This document shows, one piece after another, positions 18,516-28,525 of a DNA stretch of 64,000 bases. Below the pieces are notes generated by a model. It saw nothing but the letters and a program-made list of their open reading frames with translations. It searched no databases and was not told where the DNA came from. This stretch comes from Chthoniobacteraceae bacterium (GTDB taxonomy: Bacteria; Verrucomicrobiota; Verrucomicrobiia; Chthoniobacterales; Chthoniobacteraceae), in contig JBEBGD010000007.1 of assembly GCA_040081625.1 (NCBI GenBank), positions 39,526 through 103,525 on the forward strand. The letters are read 5' to 3'. The position numbers and the translations under genes were made by a program. Positions within the stretch are counted from its first letter, which is position 1; each line of letters starts with the position of its first letter.

Positions 18516-19330
18516 GTGGAAAGACCGTAGATGGAAATGCCCCGCTCGTCAGCAAGCGCGCGGGTTTTCTCGGGTTCGAGCAGAAGTGTCTTCCCCGCTT
18601 CGATACCGATCACCCGCAGCTTCGCGTCGCGCGCCGCGTCGAGCGTGAGCGGGCCGATCACCGGCACGTCGAAGCGCAGATCCTGGTTCGGCTTGGACAC
18701 CTTCACCATCGTCGCGTCCTTGCGCCCGAGCTCGCCGCCGCGCGCGATGGCGGCATTCGTGCCCTCGAAGGCTTCGACCGCGAGCACAGTGCCGGACTTG
18801 ACGACGACGGTCTGGCCGATGTCCAGCCGGCTCGACTCCTTCGCGATGCGGAAGCCGAACTCGACATCGCCCTGCTCGCGCCGGCTCAGCCGCGGCCCGG
18901 CGATGAGCCCGGGCGTCGCGAGGTGGTCTTCGAGAAAAGTCGTCGCCGGCAAAAGCTCGACACCAACCTTGCTCATCTCCGAGCCGATCGCGGCGAAGAT
19001 CGACTCGGCATTGCGCTCGCGCAGCGTGGCGAGCAGCACGAGCGCCTTCATGTCCGGCCGAAGATCGAAGAGATTCTTCGGCGCGATCTGCCCGGCCATG
19101 ATCGCGTGAGTGGCGCCGCTCGACTTGAGGAAGCCAAGCATCTTCCCAAGCTGCCCGACGCGCAGCCACGCGACTTCATCGACCTGCGCGGCGAGGTCCG
19201 GGTTCGTCTCGCCCTCGAACGCCACGGCCACGATACGCGCGACGCCGCCCGCCCGCGCGCCGCGAACGGTCGCGAACGGATACGTTCCATTTCCGGCGAT
19301 GATCGCGAGGGTCGATGGTGTCGTTTGCAA
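18497..19330 (-). CDS. lpxI: UDP-2,3-diacylglucosamine diphosphatase LpxI
   Basis: LAIIAGNGTYP, LDIGQTVVV, VLAVEAFEGT, KPNQDLRFDVPVIG. Confidence 0.92.
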   Translation of the reverse strand: MQTTPSTLAIIAGNGTYPFATVRGARAGGVARIVAVAFEGETNPDLAAQVDEVAWLRVGQLGKMLGFLKSSGATHAIMAGQIAPKNLFDLRPDMKALVLLATLRERNAESIFAAIGSEMSKVGVELLPATTFLEDHLATPGLIAGPRLSRREQGDVEFGFRIAKESSRLDIGQTVVVKSGTVLAVEAFEGTNAAIARGGELGRKDATMVKVSKPNQDLRFDVPVIGPLTLDAARDAKLRVIGIEAGKTLLLEPEKTRALADERGISIYGLSTDHADD

Positions 19331-19363
19331 AGGGGCGCGAGCGTAGCGGCGGCGAGCGGCGTG

Positions 19364-20098
19364 TCACGCGCGCAGGCACGCGAGGAACTCCGTGTTCCCC
19401 TCCCCGCCTTTGAGCGGCGATTCGATCACGCCGGTCCATGCCAGCCAGGGCAGCGCGCTCGCGCAGATCGTGCGCACTTTCTCCACAGCCTCGGCGTGGA
19501 GCGCGGGGTCGCGGATGACTCCACCGCGCGCGACTTGCTCGCGGCGCAGCTCGAACTGCGGCTTGATGAGCGGGATCATCACGGCGCCGGGCTTGAGCAG
19601 TTCGGCGGCGGGCGGGAGGATGAGGCCGAGCGAGATGAAGGACACGTCGATGACGATGAGGTCGAGCGGGTCGGGCACTTCGTCGGCGCTGAGGTAACGG
19701 GCGTTGAGGCCCTCGCGCACGACGACGCGCGGGTCGTTGCGGATGCGCCACGCGAGTTGGTCGCGACCGACGTCGATCGCCCACACTTTCGCGGCGCCGT
19801 GCTGGAGCATGCAGTCGGTGAAGCCGCCGGTGCTCGCGCCGATGTCGAGGCAGGTCCAGCCGGTGGGATCGATCGCGAACGCCTTCAGCGCGCCCTCGAG
19901 CTTGTGGCCGCCGCGGCCGACGTAGCGGTCGGCGGCTTTCACCACGACCTCGGCGTCGTCGGCTACTTTGAAGTCCGACTTGTCCACCATGTGCCCGGCG
20001 ACGGTGACTTCGCCGGCCATGATGAGGCGCTGCGCCTTCTCGCGACTTTCGCACAGCCCACGTGCGACGAGGAATTGATCAAGGCGGAGCTTCGTCAT
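19364..20098 (-). CDS. tlyA: TlyA family rRNA 2'-O-methyltransferase
   Basis: RLDQFLV (S4 domain), YVGRGGHKL, DIGASTGGFTDC, IDVSFISL, LIKPQFE, GNTEFL. Confidence 0.95.
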   Translation of the reverse strand: MTKLRLDQFLVARGLCESREKAQRLIMAGEVTVAGHMVDKSDFKVADDAEVVVKAADRYVGRGGHKLEGALKAFAIDPTGWTCLDIGASTGGFTDCMLQHGAAKVWAIDVGRDQLAWRIRNDPRVVVREGLNARYLSADEVPDPLDLIVIDVSFISLGLILPPAAELLKPGAVMIPLIKPQFELRREQVARGGVIRDPALHAEAVEKVRTICASALPWLAWTGVIESPLKGGEGNTEFLACLRA

Positions 20099-20149
20099 TG
20101 CCGAATACACCTCTCTCGTAGATATGCGCGCCCGCCAACTAAATCCGCA

Positions 20150-20410
20150 ATGTCCGAAGACCTCCGCGACCAGATCAAGACGCTGCTCGTCGAAAACCTC
20201 ATGCTCAAAGTGCCCAAGGAGCAGATCGGGGATGATCTGCCGCTGTTTTCGCCCGACGGGCTGGGGCTCGATTCGATCGATGCGCTGGAGTTGGTCGTGT
20301 CGCTCGAGAAGAAATTCGGCGTGACGGTGCCCAACTCCGAGACGGCGAAGACGGCGCTCGCGTCGGTCAATTCGATACACGATTACGTGCTGGCGAACCG
20401 GAAGGATTAG
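20150..20410 (+). CDS. acyl carrier protein (phosphopantetheine-binding)
   Basis: MSEDLRDQIK...GLGLDSIDALELVVSLEKKFGV; 86 aa; the 764-aa track ORF is an over-extension. Confidence 0.9.
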   Translation: MSEDLRDQIKTLLVENLMLKVPKEQIGDDLPLFSPDGLGLDSIDALELVVSLEKKFGVTVPNSETAKTALASVNSIHDYVLANRKD

Positions 20411-20430
20411 CGGACGTTCCCCCGCTCCTC

Positions 20431-21942
20431 ATGCGCAGTCTTACCCTCCTCCTGCTTGCAAGTGCGGTCGTCGCCAGCGCTCACGAGTTTGTGACGCCGG
20501 ACCCGAAGCTGCTGCAGGATCGCGTGCCGGTGTCGCGACTCGGCGGCGACCATGGCGACGGCGCGACCTTCAAGATCGAAATCCCGCCGGACGCGGAGAA
20601 TTTCGTGGTGAAGACGACGGGCGGCTCGGGCGATGTGGATCTGTTCATTCGCTTCGGCGCGCACCCGTCGCCGACGCAGTGGGACTTCGCGAGCGAGAGC
20701 GACGACACGAGCGAACTCATCCGCGTCGGCACGCCGACGGCGGGCGTGTGGTATGTGCGGGTCGTGGGGTTCTCGACGTTTCGCAATGTGCGGCTGACGG
20801 CGAGCTACGAACTCCCGCGCGGCGTCGCCCGTCCGCCGCGGCTGACGCCGGCGCCGGGCAACTATTCGGAGCGCGTGCTCGTGCGCGTGATCCGCCCGCG
20901 CGGGACGACCGTTCACTTCACGACCGACGGATCGTCTCCGACGGTGAATTCCCCTTCCTACACGAGGCGCCTGACTTTCACCGCCACGACGCAGTTGCGC
21001 GCGCGCACCTTTGGCAGGGATGCCTCGTTTTCCATCGAGACCGTGGGCGACTACGCGGTCGTGCCGAAGGGGACGATCGAGCCGCTGACCGTGGGGATGC
21101 CGGTGCATCATCTCGCGGCGGTGCGCGGGACGGCGCACGAGTTCAAGCTCACCGTGCCCGCGGGCGCGAGCCGGCTGATGGTGAGGATGGAGGGCGGTCC
21201 CGGCAATGCGCAGCTCTACGCGAAGGCGGGTGCTGCGCCGACCACGCGCGTCTTCGACCGGCGCGCGGTCGGAGGGGGCAATAACGCAACGCTCGAAATC
21301 CTCAATCCAGCCGCGGGCGACTGGTATCTGTTCGTGCACGCGCGAGCCGGCTACTCCGGCGTGTCGCTCCTCGCGACCGCGCGACCGCCCGGCGTCGATC
21401 TCATCTCGTGGGGACCGGCCCTCGATCCTTACCTGACCACCGAGAGTTTTACGGCGGCGGACTGCGAAGTGGACGAGGGCTTGATCACCGCCGGCACACA
21501 CCGACTGCTGCGCTTCAACACCCAGACGCGCAACGTCGGCTCGCAAGATCTCGTGCTCGGCGACCCGGCGGGAAATCCGGACTTTGAATTCCAGGCGTGC
21601 CACGGCCACTACCACTTCCGCGGATTCGCGAGCTACCAATTGCTCGACGACAACGATCAGCCCGTCGCGACGGGCCGGAAAGTTTCCTTCTGCCTGCTCG
21701 ACGGCCTGCGCTGGGATCCGAAAGCGCCCGCCACCGCCCACTACGACTGCGAGACACAAGGCATCCAGGCCGGCTGGGCCGACGTATATGATGCCGGCCT
21801 GCCTGGCCAGTGGATCGACGTGTCCGGCGTGCCACCGGGCACCTACACGCTCGTCATCACGATGAATCCCGACCGGCTCATCACCGAGAGCGACTACTCG
21901 AACAACAGCGCCTCGACGCAGGTGGTCATCACGGCGCCCTGA
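20431..21942 (+). CDS. secreted lysyl oxidase-like protein with two PPC domains and an Fn3/chitobiase-C-like domain
   Basis: Signal peptide; GGSGDVDLFIRFG and GGPGNAQLYAKAG (PPC); HFTTDGSSPT; LLRFNTQTRNVG; ACHGHYHF; KVSFCL; QGIQAGWADVY; GQWIDVS; ESDYSNN. Confidence 0.88.
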   Translation: MRSLTLLLLASAVVASAHEFVTPDPKLLQDRVPVSRLGGDHGDGATFKIEIPPDAENFVVKTTGGSGDVDLFIRFGAHPSPTQWDFASESDDTSELIRVGTPTAGVWYVRVVGFSTFRNVRLTASYELPRGVARPPRLTPAPGNYSERVLVRVIRPRGTTVHFTTDGSSPTVNSPSYTRRLTFTATTQLRARTFGRDASFSIETVGDYAVVPKGTIEPLTVGMPVHHLAAVRGTAHEFKLTVPAGASRLMVRMEGGPGNAQLYAKAGAAPTTRVFDRRAVGGGNNATLEILNPAAGDWYLFVHARAGYSGVSLLATARPPGVDLISWGPALDPYLTTESFTAADCEVDEGLITAGTHRLLRFNTQTRNVGSQDLVLGDPAGNPDFEFQACHGHYHFRGFASYQLLDDNDQPVATGRKVSFCLLDGLRWDPKAPATAHYDCETQGIQAGWADVYDAGLPGQWIDVSGVPPGTYTLVITMNPDRLITESDYSNNSASTQVVITAP

Positions 21943-21956
21943 TTCTCCCAATCCCC

Positions 21957-22880
21957 ATGACCCTCGCCTCCGCACTCCGCACCCTCGTCTTCATCGCGCT
22001 CGCCGTGCCGGCCATCGCGCGCACGCCGGACGGAAAGCAAAAGCTCGTGCTCGTCGCCGGAAAGCCGAGCCACCCGGCCGGCATGCACGAATTCAATGCC
22101 GGCGTGCAACTCCTCGCGAAATGCCTCGCGAATGTGCAGGGGCTGAAGACCGAGTTCGTGCTCAATGGCTGGCCCGCGGATGAAGCCATCTTCGCCGATG
22201 CGGACGCCGTCGTTTTCTACATGGACGGTGGGCCGAAGCACGAAGTCGTGCAGGACGGCGGCAAGCGGCTCGCGATCGTCGATGGCTGGGCGAAGCGCGG
22301 CGTCGGTCTCGGCTTCATGCACTACGGCGTTGAAGTCGTCGCCGATCAGGCGGGCGCGGAGTTCAAGCGCTGGATCGGCGGCCACTACGAGAACTCGTAT
22401 TCGTGCAATCCGATGTGGGAGCCAGGCTTCGAGACATTCGCGGAGCACCCGGTCACGCGCGGCGTGAAGCCGTTCACGATCAAGGACGAGTGGTATTTCA
22501 ACATGCGCTTCGTCGAGGGCTTCGCCGCCGATGGCGCGGCTGAGCGGGCCGGGGTGAAGTTCACGCCCATCCTCGTCGCCAAGCCGTCCGACGCCACGCG
22601 CGACGGTCCCTACGTTTATCCGAAAGGCCCGTATCCGCACATCCAGGCCGCGAAGGGTCGCCCCGAGGCGATGATGTGGGCGGTCGAGCGCGCCGACGGC
22701 GGACGCGGGGTCGGCTTCACCGGCGGGCACTACCACACGAACTGGGGAAATGATCACTTCCGCAAGACCGTGCTCAACGCGCTCGCATGGATCGCGAAAG
22801 TCGAGGTGCCGGCCGACGGCATCGCATCGCGCGTCTCGCCCACCGACCTCGAGGCGAACCTCGACCCGAAAAAGAAGTAA
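21957..22880 (+). CDS. ThuA-like (class I glutamine amidotransferase-like fold) secreted protein
   Basis: LVLVAGKPSHPAGMHEF, HPVTRGV, DEWYF, GRGVGFTGGHYH, LNALAWIA. Confidence 0.85.
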   Translation: MTLASALRTLVFIALAVPAIARTPDGKQKLVLVAGKPSHPAGMHEFNAGVQLLAKCLANVQGLKTEFVLNGWPADEAIFADADAVVFYMDGGPKHEVVQDGGKRLAIVDGWAKRGVGLGFMHYGVEVVADQAGAEFKRWIGGHYENSYSCNPMWEPGFETFAEHPVTRGVKPFTIKDEWYFNMRFVEGFAADGAAERAGVKFTPILVAKPSDATRDGPYVYPKGPYPHIQAAKGRPEAMMWAVERADGGRGVGFTGGHYHTNWGNDHFRKTVLNALAWIAKVEVPADGIASRVSPTDLEANLDPKKK

Positions 22881-22937
22881 CCAGCCGGGAAAAACCGGCC
22901 CGGCGTGGTTTGCCCCCTGCTACTCGCACGGAGGCGT

Positions 22938-23588
22938 ATGGACATCCTCGCCATCACTCTCATCGCCCTCGGCGCCATCACCGCCGCAGTCGGCGGCATC
23001 ATGCTGCTCATCGCCGCATTTCGCGAAAGCGTCCTTTGGGGCCTCGCCTACCTGCTCCTGCCGCTGGCCGGGCTGGTCTTCATCGTCATGCACTGGGACA
23101 AGTCGCGACGCGGCTTTCTGTTGAACCTCGCGGGCGTGTGCGTCGTGATCGCCGGATTCTTTTCCTCGCCCATGTTGCAGAAAAGCATCGCCAGCGGCGT
23201 CACCGCGAGCGTCCCGAAAAACCTGCCGATCAGCATCCCGATGCTGGAGAAAAAGAAGCCGGAGGACTTGAACGCCAGGATCGCCGAGCAGCGCACCGCG
23301 ATCGACACGATGGAGGCGCAGTTCGAACAAGATGGCGTGACGCTCGCCCAGCAATACCGCGCGCTCGACGCCCGCCGCTCGGCCTTCAAGCCAGAAGACG
23401 CCGCGGGCGTGACCGCCTACAACGCCGAAGCCGCCGCATATCAGCAGGCCAACGCCGCGCACAAACAGCTCCGCCAGCAAATCGACGCCGCGCAGCAGGA
23501 ACTCTCCGGCCTTCTCGACGAACGTTCCCGGCTAAAAGCCATCGCGCCCAAGGGCCCACCTGGCAAAAAGCAAACGGCGCGCAATTAG
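22938..23588 (+). CDS. membrane protein with a C-terminal coiled coil
   Basis: GGAGG RBS; about 3 TM segments (AFRESVLWGLAYLLLP...FIVMHWDK) followed by a helical region. Confidence 0.75.
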   Translation: MDILAITLIALGAITAAVGGIMLLIAAFRESVLWGLAYLLLPLAGLVFIVMHWDKSRRGFLLNLAGVCVVIAGFFSSPMLQKSIASGVTASVPKNLPISIPMLEKKKPEDLNARIAEQRTAIDTMEAQFEQDGVTLAQQYRALDARRSAFKPEDAAGVTAYNAEAAAYQQANAAHKQLRQQIDAAQQELSGLLDERSRLKAIAPKGPPGKKQTARN

Positions 23589-26500
23589 GCAACGTCACGC
23601 TGCCGCAGCTCGCGCTCGCGCAGCCACGCGAAGATCACGGGCGTGACCACGAGAATGTGCAGCAGGCTGCTGAGCATCCCGCCGATCACCGGCGTCGCGA
23701 GCGGCTTCATCACCTCGGACCCGGCGCGCGTGCTCCACATGATCGGCAGCAGGCTCGCCACAATCGTCGCGACAGTCATCACCTTCGGCCGCAGCCGCAG
23801 CCGCGCGCCTTCCTTGATCGCAGCGAGTAGCTCGTCGCGTGTGCGCGGATTGCGCCGGTTCACGGCCTCTTCGAGATACACGACCATCACGACGCCGGTC
23901 TGGATCGCGGTGCCGAAGAGCGCGATGTATCCCACGCTCACCGCTGCGCTGAAATTGTAGCCGAGCAGCCATTGCAGCAGCACCCCGCCGGTCAGCGCGA
24001 ATGGCACGGCGAGGATCACGTGCGCGGCTTCCTTCGCGTTGCGATAGACGATGTAGAGCAGCAGGAAAATGATCAGCAGCGCGCCCGGCACGACGAAGGC
24101 GAGCGTGCGGTTGGTCTTGATCTGCTCTTCGTAAGCGCCCGCGTAATCTACGACGACGCCACTCCCCGCGAGCTTCGGTCCCAGCTCCGCGTCGATGCGC
24201 TGCCGCACCTCGCGCACGAACCCGCCGAGATCGCGCCCCTGCACATTCGCCTGCACGAAGACGCGCAGCCGTCCATTCTCGCTCTGGATCTCGCTCGGAC
24301 CCGAGCGACGCCGGATCGTGGCGACCTGCCCGAGCGGGATGTGCATCCCTGCGGGCGTGGCGATGAGCAGATCGCCGAGCCGCTCGATGTCCTCGCGCTC
24401 GCTGCGATCGAGCCGGACCTGTATGGGAAAGCGCTGCCGTCCCTCGATCGTCGTCGTCACGTTCCGCCCGCCGATGCCGGCTTCGACGACATCGAGCACG
24501 TCCTGCACGCGCAGCCCAAATCGCGCCGCGGCCTCGCGATCCGCCTCGATCTCGACATACGGTTTGCCTTGCACGCGCAGCGGCGCCACGCCGGTCGCGC
24601 CCGGCACCGCGCGCACGATGCGCTCGACCTCAAAGGCGAGTTGCTGGAGCTGATCGAGATTGTCGCCGAGCAGCTTCACCCCGACCTGCGCGCGGATTCC
24701 GGTCGAGAGCATGAGGATGCGGTTCTCGATCGGCTGGAGGAAACCGGGCACGTAGCCCGGCACGTTGCTCAGCTTCTCCGTGAGTTCCGCGATGAGTTTG
24801 TCCGTCGTCATGCCGGCGCGCCATTCGCTCTCCGGTTTGAGCATGATCGTCGTCTCGATCATCTCGACCGGCGCGGGATCGGTCGCCGTCTCCGAGCGTC
24901 CGAGCTTGCCCGCGACGCTCGCGACTTCCGGCGTCGCGGCGATGATCTTGTCCTGCCAGCTCATCACACGCTTCACCTCGGTCAGTGAGGTTTGCGGGAG
25001 CATGACCGGCATGAACAGCAGCGAGCCTTCGTTGAGCGGCGGCATGAACTCCGAGCCCATGCGCGTGGTGAGCAGCCCCGCGCCAGCGAGCATCGACGCT
25101 GCGAGCGCGATCACCGTCTTGCGATGTCGCAGCGCCCAGTCGAGCACCGGATCGTAGAGCCGCAGGAGCACGCGCATCACGATGTTGTCCTGCTCGCGGT
25201 GAAACGGACCGCGCACGAGCAGGCTGCACAGCACCGGCACGACGGTGACCGCGAGCAGCGTGGAGCCGATCATCGCGAAGGTCTTCGTGAACGCGAGCGG
25301 GTGGAAAAGTTTTCCCGACTGTCCGCTGAGCGCGAAGACCGGAACGAAGGCGAGGATGATGATCGCCATCGCGAAGAAGATCGGCCGCCCGACCTGCCGC
25401 GACGCCTCGAGCGTGACCTGCCACGTCTCGGCGGGCGTGAGCCGCCCGCCCTTTTTATCCTCCGCCGTCTCGCAATGCCGGATCACATTTTCCGTCAGCA
25501 CGATCGCGGCATCGACGAGCACGCCGATCGCGATCGCGATGCCGGCGAGCGACATGATGTTCGACGTGATGCCCGTCTGCCGCATGAGGATGAACGCGAT
25601 GAGAATCGAAACCGGTAGCGGGAAGGTGACGATGAGGATGCTGCGGAAGTGAAACAGGAAGATGATGTGCGCGAGCGTCACGAGGATGAACTCCTCGGCC
25701 AGCGCGTGCTTGAGCGTGTCGATCGTGCGGTCGATCAACTCGCTGCGATCGTAGAACGGGCGCACGGTCACACCGGGCGGCAGGCTCGGCGCGATCTGCG
25801 CGAGGCGCTGCTTCACAGCGGCGATCACCGCGTGCGCGTTCTCGCCGGTGCGCATCACCACGACGCCGCCGACGACTTCGTTGCCGTTCACGTCGAGCGC
25901 GCCGCGGCGGAAGTCGCCGCCGACCTGCACCGTCGCCACGTCGCGCAGGTAGATCGGCGTGCCTTCGCGCTGCACGAGCACCGTCTTCTCCAGATCCGCC
26001 GCGCTCGTGACGAGGCCGAGCCCGCGCACGATGAACTCCATCCCGTTTTCCTCGATCACCTTGCCGCCGACGTTGAGATTGCTCTGCCCGACAGCCGCCA
26101 TCACTTCCGAGAGCGAGACGCGCGCGGCGGTCATCTTTCGCGACGAGACTTCGATTTGATACTGCCGCACAAATCCACCGACGCTCGCGACTTCGGCGAC
26201 GCCGGGCACGGAGTTGAGCTGGTAGCGGATGAACCAATCCTGCACCGCGCGGAGCTGGCCGAGGTCGTAGGTGCCCTTCGTCGGATCGACGTCGAGGTAA
26301 TACTGATACACCCAGCCGAGGCCGGTCGCGTCGGGGCCGAGCTTCGGGATCACGCCCTGCGGCAGCGCGTCGCCGAGGTAGTTGAGCCGCTCGAGCACGC
26401 GTGTGCGGGCGAAGTAGTTGTCGATCTTTTCGTCGAAGATAATCGTGAGCAGCGAGAAGCCGAACATCGAAGTGGCCCGCACGGTCTTCACTCCCGCGAG

Positions 26501-26725
26501 ACCCTGCAGGTTCACCGACAGCGGATACGTGACTTGATCCTCGACCTCCTGCGGCGAGCGCCCGAGCCAGTCGGCGAAGACGATGACCTGATTCTCGCTC
26601 AAGTCGGGGATCGCATCGACCGGTGCGCGGCGCAGCTCGAAGACGCCGATCGCGATGACGATCAGCGCGCCGCAGAGGACGAGGAAACGATTCCGCAGCG
26701 ACCACTCGATGAGTCGATGGATCAC
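23585..26725 (-). CDS. cusA: CusA/SilA-type heavy-metal RND permease
   Basis: DAIPDLSENQVIV, LGPDATGLGWVYQY, GSEFMPPLNEG, TDPAPVEMIET, RLRPKVMT; GTG overlaps the cusB stop. Confidence 0.93.
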   Translation of the reverse strand: MIHRLIEWSLRNRFLVLCGALIVIAIGVFELRRAPVDAIPDLSENQVIVFADWLGRSPQEVEDQVTYPLSVNLQGLAGVKTVRATSMFGFSLLTIIFDEKIDNYFARTRVLERLNYLGDALPQGVIPKLGPDATGLGWVYQYYLDVDPTKGTYDLGQLRAVQDWFIRYQLNSVPGVAEVASVGGFVRQYQIEVSSRKMTAARVSLSEVMAAVGQSNLNVGGKVIEENGMEFIVRGLGLVTSAADLEKTVLVQREGTPIYLRDVATVQVGGDFRRGALDVNGNEVVGGVVVMRTGENAHAVIAAVKQRLAQIAPSLPPGVTVRPFYDRSELIDRTIDTLKHALAEEFILVTLAHIIFLFHFRSILIVTFPLPVSILIAFILMRQTGITSNIMSLAGIAIAIGVLVDAAIVLTENVIRHCETAEDKKGGRLTPAETWQVTLEASRQVGRPIFFAMAIIILAFVPVFALSGQSGKLFHPLAFTKTFAMIGSTLLAVTVVPVLCSLLVRGPFHREQDNIVMRVLLRLYDPVLDWALRHRKTVIALAASMLAGAGLLTTRMGSEFMPPLNEGSLLFMPVMLPQTSLTEVKRVMSWQDKIIAATPEVASVAGKLGRSETATDPAPVEMIETTIMLKPESEWRAGMTTDKLIAELTEKLSNVPGYVPGFLQPIENRILMLSTGIRAQVGVKLLGDNLDQLQQLAFEVERIVRAVPGATGVAPLRVQGKPYVEIEADREAAARFGLRVQDVLDVVEAGIGGRNVTTTIEGRQRFPIQVRLDRSEREDIERLGDLLIATPAGMHIPLGQVATIRRRSGPSEIQSENGRLRVFVQANVQGRDLGGFVREVRQRIDAELGPKLAGSGVVVDYAGAYEEQIKTNRTLAFVVPGALLIIFLLLYIVYRNAKEAAHVILAVPFALTGGVLLQWLLGYNFSAAVSVGYIALFGTAIQTGVVMVVYLEEAVNRRNPRTRDELLAAIKEGARLRLRPKVMTVATIVASLLPIMWSTRAGSEVMKPLATPVIGGMLSSLLHILVVTPVIFAWLRERELRQRDVA

Positions 26726-28449
26726 GGCTTCACCTCCTGGCCGCACTCGAGCATTTCGGCACCGAAGAACGGATTCCGCAGCGGCGCGGCGAACTGAACC
26801 CACCGGCCTGCGGCTGTCTCGGCGCTCGGCACCGCAGAGTTCACCATCGGGCACTCGTAGATTCTCACGTCGGCGAAATCGGGCGACTGCTTGCGAAGCT
26901 CGGCCGCAAGCTCCGCGGCGATCATGCTCAGCGGGTAATAGGCCTTCCGCGCCTCGGGCAGGCCGGCGGCTTCGCCGATGTGCGCGGCTTTCTCGACCCG
27001 GTCCGCACGGACGCCAAGGAGTCCGGCGAGTTCCATCGACGCGGAGTGCAGTGCGGCGACCTGCTTGTTGTATCCCGCGAGATCGTCTGCCGCGAGCGGC
27101 ACACCGCTTTGCGCGGCCGCGGCGATAAACTTCCGCGCGGCGGCGCGCTGCGTGTCGCTAAATGCCGGCACGACGGCGGCGACTTCGGACGGCGCGCTGC
27201 CGCCCTGGTCGAGTTGCATCTGCGAGTCGATGAAAAGATTGCCCGTCGTCACGACGCGCTCGCCTTCACGCAAGCCGCTGAGCACTTCGCTCACATCGTC
27301 GCCCGCGCGGCCGAGCAGGACGCGGCGCGCCTCGTATTCGCCCACCTGCCGCTCGACATACACGAGAGGCCCGCTGCCCGCCGAGAGCACTGCGGAGCGT
27401 GGCACGGCTAGCACTGGCTCTGTTGCAACGACGATGCGCCCTTCGGCATAAACCTTGTGAAGCAGCTCGTGGCGATGCTTGCCGGGATCGGCACTCGACG
27501 GGTTGTCGAGCACCACTCGAATGCGCGCGCTGCGCGTCATCGGGTTGAGGTTCGGGTCGATGAACGCGACGGGCGCGAGGATCTTCTTTCCGGGAATCGA
27601 TGACGAGGTGATTTCCACCTTCTGCCCGACCTTGAACCACGTCAGGTCGCGCTCATAGGCATCGAAGACGAACCACATCCGCGAGAAGTCTGCGATCTCG
27701 AAGAGCACGTCACCCTCCTTTACGTATTGGCCTTCATAGACCTTGCGCGCTACGACCGTTCCGCTGGCGGGCGCGACGATGGGAATGGTGTCGCCGGTCT
27801 GGCCCGCGAGCTTGTCGATCTGCTCGAGCGTGAGCCCCATCCGGCGAAGTTTCTCGCGGCTGCCATTGATGGCCAGCTCCCGCTGCACGCCGGCAGGCAT
27901 CCGCGTCGCGAGGGTGTATTCGCTGCGCGCGACGATGAGGTCGCGGCTGAAGAAATCCGCGAGCGGCTGGCCGGCGGTGACTTCGGCGCCGATGAAGTTG
28001 ACGTGAAGCTTGTCGATGCGGCCGTCCACGTAGGCGCTGAGGATTCGGTGCGTCGAGTCGTCGTCCTCGATCGTGCCGGCGACGCGGATCGCGCGGTGCA
28101 AAGGCTGGCGCACGACGGGCGAGGTCTCGACGTGGATGACGTTCGCCGCCTGCTCGCTGAGCGTGGGCGTGGGCGTCGTCGAGCCAGTTTCGTCGAAGCT
28201 TTTCTCACCCTCGTAAACGGGCACGAGCTTCATGCCGCAGATCGTGCAGTTGCCCGGTTGGTCGGACTTGATCCACGGGTGCATCGGCGACTGGTAGAAG
28301 AGCACCTTGCGGGCGGCGACTTCGGCGGCGCGCGGTAGCTGGCGGCCAAAATACCAGCCGCCAAGCGCGGCGGCGCCGGCGACGATGATTATGAGAAGTG
28401 CGGTCAGTTGAGCGCGACCGCGCGCGTTACGGGATAGGGATAGGTTCAT
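26722..28449 (-). CDS. cusB: CusB-like RND periplasmic adaptor with an N-terminal heavy-metal-binding motif and a C-terminal DUF3347-like domain
   Basis: YQSPMHPWIKSDQPGNCTICGMKLVP; barrel-sandwich core; YECPM...NPFFGAEMLECG. Confidence 0.88.
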   Translation of the reverse strand: MNLSLSRNARGRAQLTALLIIIVAGAAALGGWYFGRQLPRAAEVAARKVLFYQSPMHPWIKSDQPGNCTICGMKLVPVYEGEKSFDETGSTTPTPTLSEQAANVIHVETSPVVRQPLHRAIRVAGTIEDDDSTHRILSAYVDGRIDKLHVNFIGAEVTAGQPLADFFSRDLIVARSEYTLATRMPAGVQRELAINGSREKLRRMGLTLEQIDKLAGQTGDTIPIVAPASGTVVARKVYEGQYVKEGDVLFEIADFSRMWFVFDAYERDLTWFKVGQKVEITSSSIPGKKILAPVAFIDPNLNPMTRSARIRVVLDNPSSADPGKHRHELLHKVYAEGRIVVATEPVLAVPRSAVLSAGSGPLVYVERQVGEYEARRVLLGRAGDDVSEVLSGLREGERVVTTGNLFIDSQMQLDQGGSAPSEVAAVVPAFSDTQRAAARKFIAAAAQSGVPLAADDLAGYNKQVAALHSASMELAGLLGVRADRVEKAAHIGEAAGLPEARKAYYPLSMIAAELAAELRKQSPDFADVRIYECPMVNSAVPSAETAAGRWVQFAAPLRNPFFGAEMLECGQEVKP

Positions 28450-28525
28450 GGATCAGAGAGGTTGAAGTTGCTTCGACACGGACACGCCCACGACGGGTGG
28501 GCACACTGCGGGCGTCGAAGCCCTC

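Noticed and set aside
18116..20410. 764-aa plus-strand ORF ending in an ACP domain
   Set aside because: Antisense to lpxI and tlyA; only 20150-20410 is a credible gene.
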